Positions 41,907 to 44,773 of a stretch of 44,773 nucleotides of DNA are shown here, one piece after another. A program made the position numbers and the translations under genes. The stretch spans positions 1-44,773 of the forward strand of contig DATGVY010000398.1 in the NCBI GenBank assembly GCA_035299845.1, given 5' to 3'. Source of the DNA: Streptosporangiaceae bacterium. Its GTDB lineage: Bacteria; Actinomycetota; Actinomycetes; Streptosporangiales; Streptosporangiaceae. The notes under the pieces were generated by a model, which was given only the letters and a program-made list of their open reading frames with translations, did not search any database and was not told where the DNA came from. The stretch's first letter is position 1; each line of letters starts with the position of its first letter.

Positions 41907-44401
41907 GGCAGGTGGGCGATGGTTATGGCCTGGAGCTGGCCTGAGCCGTAGTTGGTCACGAGCAGCGTCTTCCCTTCCGCCGTGAGCTGGCGCGGCAATG
42001 TACCCGTCTTGATCTGGCCCAGCAGCGCGGGCTGGTGGGCCAGCGCCTGGGTGGTGCTGACCAGGCTGAGGAACGGGCTCGCGCCAAGGACATTCTTCAG
42101 GTTGGAATCGGCCACGACGATCCGCCTCCCGTGCGCGACGAAGGTCAGGCCGATCGGCCCCTCGCCCACGTCTACCCTGGCGATCAGCGAGTGCGTAGGA
42201 TCCTTGGGCATTTTCGCCGCTGAGAACCCGAGCAGCGCGTTGCTCTCCCGGGCGGTGACCCACACCACGCTGCCGTCCTTGGAGGTGATCACGCGAACCG
42301 GGCTGCAGCCGGCGGTGACGTTGCTGACCACCGACTTGGCCGGCTTGCGCTCGGCCTTGCGGAGGTTGACGACGCTCACGAACCCCTTGCTGGGATTGAC
42401 GGCGTTGACCTTCCGCATGCTGGTCACATACAGCCATTTGCCGTCGGGCGACGCAGCGATGCCCACCGGCTCGTCCCCGGTAGGGATCATCCCGACGTAG
42501 CTGGGCTGGGTGAAGTTGCTGGCCAGGGCCTGCTGCAGGTTGAAGACCGCGACGCCGCCGCTGCTCTGCAGCGTCACGAAGGCGAACTTGTCATTGCTGG
42601 ACACATCGACCTGGACGGCGCCGCGGCCGGCCGGGCTATTGAGCGTCCCGGCCACAACGACGCTGCCCTGCTCGGCGGCCGCGACGTTGATTACCTTGGC
42701 GCCGCTGCCGGCCGCCAGGATCAGGTACTTCCCGTCCCTGGTGAACGCCTCGCCCTTGCTCGCGCCTGGCACCGAGAGGGTGTGGACCAGCTTGGGGGCC
42801 GGCCCGCCGCCATTCTTGAGCACCGCGAGGGAGTCGCCGAACGTCACGAATGTATAGCTGCCGTCAGGCGTCGCCTGAACGGCGAAGGGATGCCCGGTGA
42901 GGCTGAGCGAGGAACTCGTGATCTTGTTCAGCGTCTTGGCCGATGCTACTGCCGTGGTGCACCCCGGGATCTTCGGCGCGGCCGCCGGGGTACCGCCGCC
43001 GCGGTTTCCGCCACCGGTGAGGCCAGCACCGCCGACGGCACCGCCGATCAGGACGTAGGCGCCGCCGATCATGACGATGACCACGGCGGCAGCAGCACCA
43101 GCCATCACGCCGCGGGACCGCCACCATGGCCTGGCGGGCTTGCCGTCGCCCGGCTGCGGGCCGTAGCCCTGGGCCGGCCCGAAACCAGGGACCGGGCCGT
43201 AACCCGGCCCGGTGGCGCCTGGCGGCGGACCGTAGCCGCCAACTGCCGCCGACGGCGGCGTGAGCCCGGGCGAGGTCGAGCCCACGGCTCTGGCGATAGG
43301 AGCCGCCTCAGTCGGCGGCCCGCCGGCACCGGGCGAGCCGGCCGGCCGGGCCTGAGCCGACGCAGCGGGGCCTGGCGCCGCGGCCGGGCCGGATGCCGCG
43401 GGCGGGCTGGTTGCCGCGGGCGGGCTGGATGGCGTGGCCACCTCGGTGGGCGGCCGCGGCCGTGCGGGCCGCCCGGCAGCGCCAGGAAAGGGCGGCGGCT
43501 GGCGGCCCGGGTCCGAGGAATCCTCTGGCCTGAGGCCGCAGGCCTCCCGTAGCGCCGCGGAGAAGTCCAGGCAGTTGGCGTACCGGTCGCCCGGGGCCTT
43601 GGCCAGTGCCTTCGTCATGACCTGGTCGATGGCTGGCGGGAGGTCCGGACGGCGCTGGGTGAGGCGTGGCGGCTGCTCGGAGATCTGCGCCCAGAGGATG
43701 GCCAGGCCCTGATCACGCTTGAACGGCGGCGCCCCGCCGAGCATCTCGAATGCGGTGCCCGCCAGCGCGTACAGGTCGGTCCGGCCGTCTACCGCCTTGC
43801 CTTCTATCTGCTCCGGCGCGACATAGTCGAGGGTGCCGAGGAACTGGCCGGTGCCGGTGAGGCCGGAAGACGAGAGTGACTGCTTGCTGAGCCCGAAGTC
43901 GGACAGGTAGACGTGGTCTGGCCGACCGCTTCCCGCCGTCGCGTCGAGCAGCATGTTGGCTGGCTTCACGTCCCGGTGGACGAGGCCGTACGCATGCGCG
44001 GCATCCAGCGCCGAGGCCACCTGGGTGACGATGCTGACTACCCTGGCCGGGGGCAGCGTGCCCTGCTCGTCCAGCAGCGTCCGGATGTCCCTGCCCTGCA
44101 CGTAGCGCATCGCGATGAACAGCACGCCGGCCGCCTCGCCGGCCTCGAAGACGGGAATGATGTGCGGGTGGTCGACGGCCGCAGCCGCTCTCGACTCGCG
44201 GATGAACCGCTGCCGGAATGCGTCGTCGCGGGCAAGCTCGGGCGCCAGGATCTTGAGTGCGACCATCCGGTCCAGCCGGGGGTCGTGCGCTCGGAAGACA
44301 ACGGCCATCCCGCCGTGGCCGATCTGCTCCTCCAGCCGGTAGCCGGCAATCTTCGAGCCAACGGTGAACCCGCCGGGTGCCGAAGGGATCTCGTCACTCA
44401 C
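41903..44401 (-). CDS. Ser/Thr protein kinase with a Pro-rich linker, one TM and an extracellular beta-propeller (YVTN/lactonase-like repeats)
   Basis: The start is GTG. The Hanks kinase motifs are GHGGMAVVF, VALK, HRDVKPANMLL, DFGLS and APE. A ~130-aa P/G/A-rich linker follows, then the TM GVMAGAAAAVVIVMIGGAYVLIGG. Repeated blades come next (FVTFGDS, LILAAGSG, AFVTLQSSG, LYVTSMR, VWVTARES, IVVADSN, LLVTNYGSG). Confidence 0.9.
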   Translation of the reverse strand: MSDEIPSAPGGFTVGSKIAGYRLEEQIGHGGMAVVFRAHDPRLDRMVALKILAPELARDDAFRQRFIRESRAAAAVDHPHIIPVFEAGEAAGVLFIAMRYVQGRDIRTLLDEQGTLPPARVVSIVTQVASALDAAHAYGLVHRDVKPANMLLDATAGSGRPDHVYLSDFGLSKQSLSSSGLTGTGQFLGTLDYVAPEQIEGKAVDGRTDLYALAGTAFEMLGGAPPFKRDQGLAILWAQISEQPPRLTQRRPDLPPAIDQVMTKALAKAPGDRYANCLDFSAALREACGLRPEDSSDPGRQPPPFPGAAGRPARPRPPTEVATPSSPPAATSPPAASGPAAAPGPAASAQARPAGSPGAGGPPTEAAPIARAVGSTSPGLTPPSAAVGGYGPPPGATGPGYGPVPGFGPAQGYGPQPGDGKPARPWWRSRGVMAGAAAAVVIVMIGGAYVLIGGAVGGAGLTGGGNRGGGTPAAAPKIPGCTTAVASAKTLNKITSSSLSLTGHPFAVQATPDGSYTFVTFGDSLAVLKNGGGPAPKLVHTLSVPGASKGEAFTRDGKYLILAAGSGAKVINVAAAEQGSVVVAGTLNSPAGRGAVQVDVSSNDKFAFVTLQSSGGVAVFNLQQALASNFTQPSYVGMIPTGDEPVGIAASPDGKWLYVTSMRKVNAVNPSKGFVSVVNLRKAERKPAKSVVSNVTAGCSPVRVITSKDGSVVWVTARESNALLGFSAAKMPKDPTHSLIARVDVGEGPIGLTFVAHGRRIVVADSNLKNVLGASPFLSLVSTTQALAHQPALLGQIKTGTLPRQLTAEGKTLLVTNYGSGQLQAITIAHLP

Positions 44402-44773
44402 CGCGCCTCCAGCGGTTGCCTGCCCGTCTCGTTCCCGCCGGCGGCCCTGCGCCGCCGCGGTGGCCGGCGCAATGGTCGCCCGGGGCCAATCGCAGGATGA
44501 CCGGGGTGGTCCCAGTATCCGCGTCTCCGGCCGCCCGCGCCATGGGCACCTGTTTCTCGCCGATGCTCTAGTTTGATCTTGGGATAGTAATCCCGACCGT
44601 ATCTGAATCCGGCGCGCGCAACGGCAAGAAGACTACGTTCCGTCCGGGACTTCGCCCGGAAGGAATGGCCCCTTCGGGGCAGTTCGCCTGACGGTAAGCG
44701 ATGAAGGTGACACGTTCAGTGCGTGGCTGATGACTTCGCGGCGCGGTATGCAGAGCTGCTGACAGGCTCGTAT

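Noticed and set aside
44723-44773. Possible start of a plus-strand gene at the window edge (GTG; VADDFAARYAELLTGSY)
   Set aside because: Only 17 codons are visible. The sequence vaguely reminds me of transposase N-termini, but that is far too little to support a call.
1-44773. tRNA, rRNA, tmRNA, RNase P or SRP RNA genes
   Set aside because: I scanned the intergenic regions by eye (416-736, 2627-3175, 7562-8223, 14109-14753, 21106-21414, 26202-26447, 39345-39685, 44402-44773). I saw no cloverleaf-compatible segments and no conserved cores of these RNAs. tRNAscan/Infernal should confirm this.

Overview
This is a visibly GC-rich, actinobacterial-type chromosomal segment. Codon third positions are almost all G/C, GTG and TTG starts are frequent, and there are many long spurious antisense ORFs. 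I call about 40 protein-coding genes or gene remnants. I recognise no rRNA, tRNA or CRISPR array.

Layout:
- 1-19.5 kb: mixed housekeeping and accessory genes. These are TraR/DksA, SDR, GNAT, DUF1918, SurE, an 1138-aa GlmS-like amidotransferase with extra domains, a TetR regulator with its operator and a divergent membrane protein, an E1-like ThDP enzyme, a cell-wall amidase, an RsbW-like ATPase, VOC, a two-lobed retropepsin-like lipoprotein and an LLM oxidoreductase. Several decayed genes are interspersed.
- 19.6-20.1 kb: gene fragments.
- 20.1-34.1 kb: a same-strand, translationally coupled envelope-glycosylation island. It contains three GT2 domains, a 1340-aa GT2 + Wzx-like flippase + GT-C-like fusion protein, an HprK-like P-loop kinase, three phosphoesterases, a secreted 7-repeat propeller, two tiny membrane proteins and a CPBP protease. 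This is my best candidate for an undescribed system.
- 34.1-39.3 kb: a minus-strand signalling cluster with three LuxR-type response regulators, one membrane HisKA_3 kinase, one sensor-less kinase and a frameshifted paralogue of that kinase.
- 39.4-41.1 kb: a mobile-element graveyard (truncated IS256 transposase, frameshifted integrase fragment) abutting a 3' remnant of pstB.
- 41.2-44.4 kb: a DUF2993 protein coupled to a Ser/Thr kinase with an extracellular beta-propeller.

All functional calls come from motif recognition by eye in the supplied translations. No database search was run.
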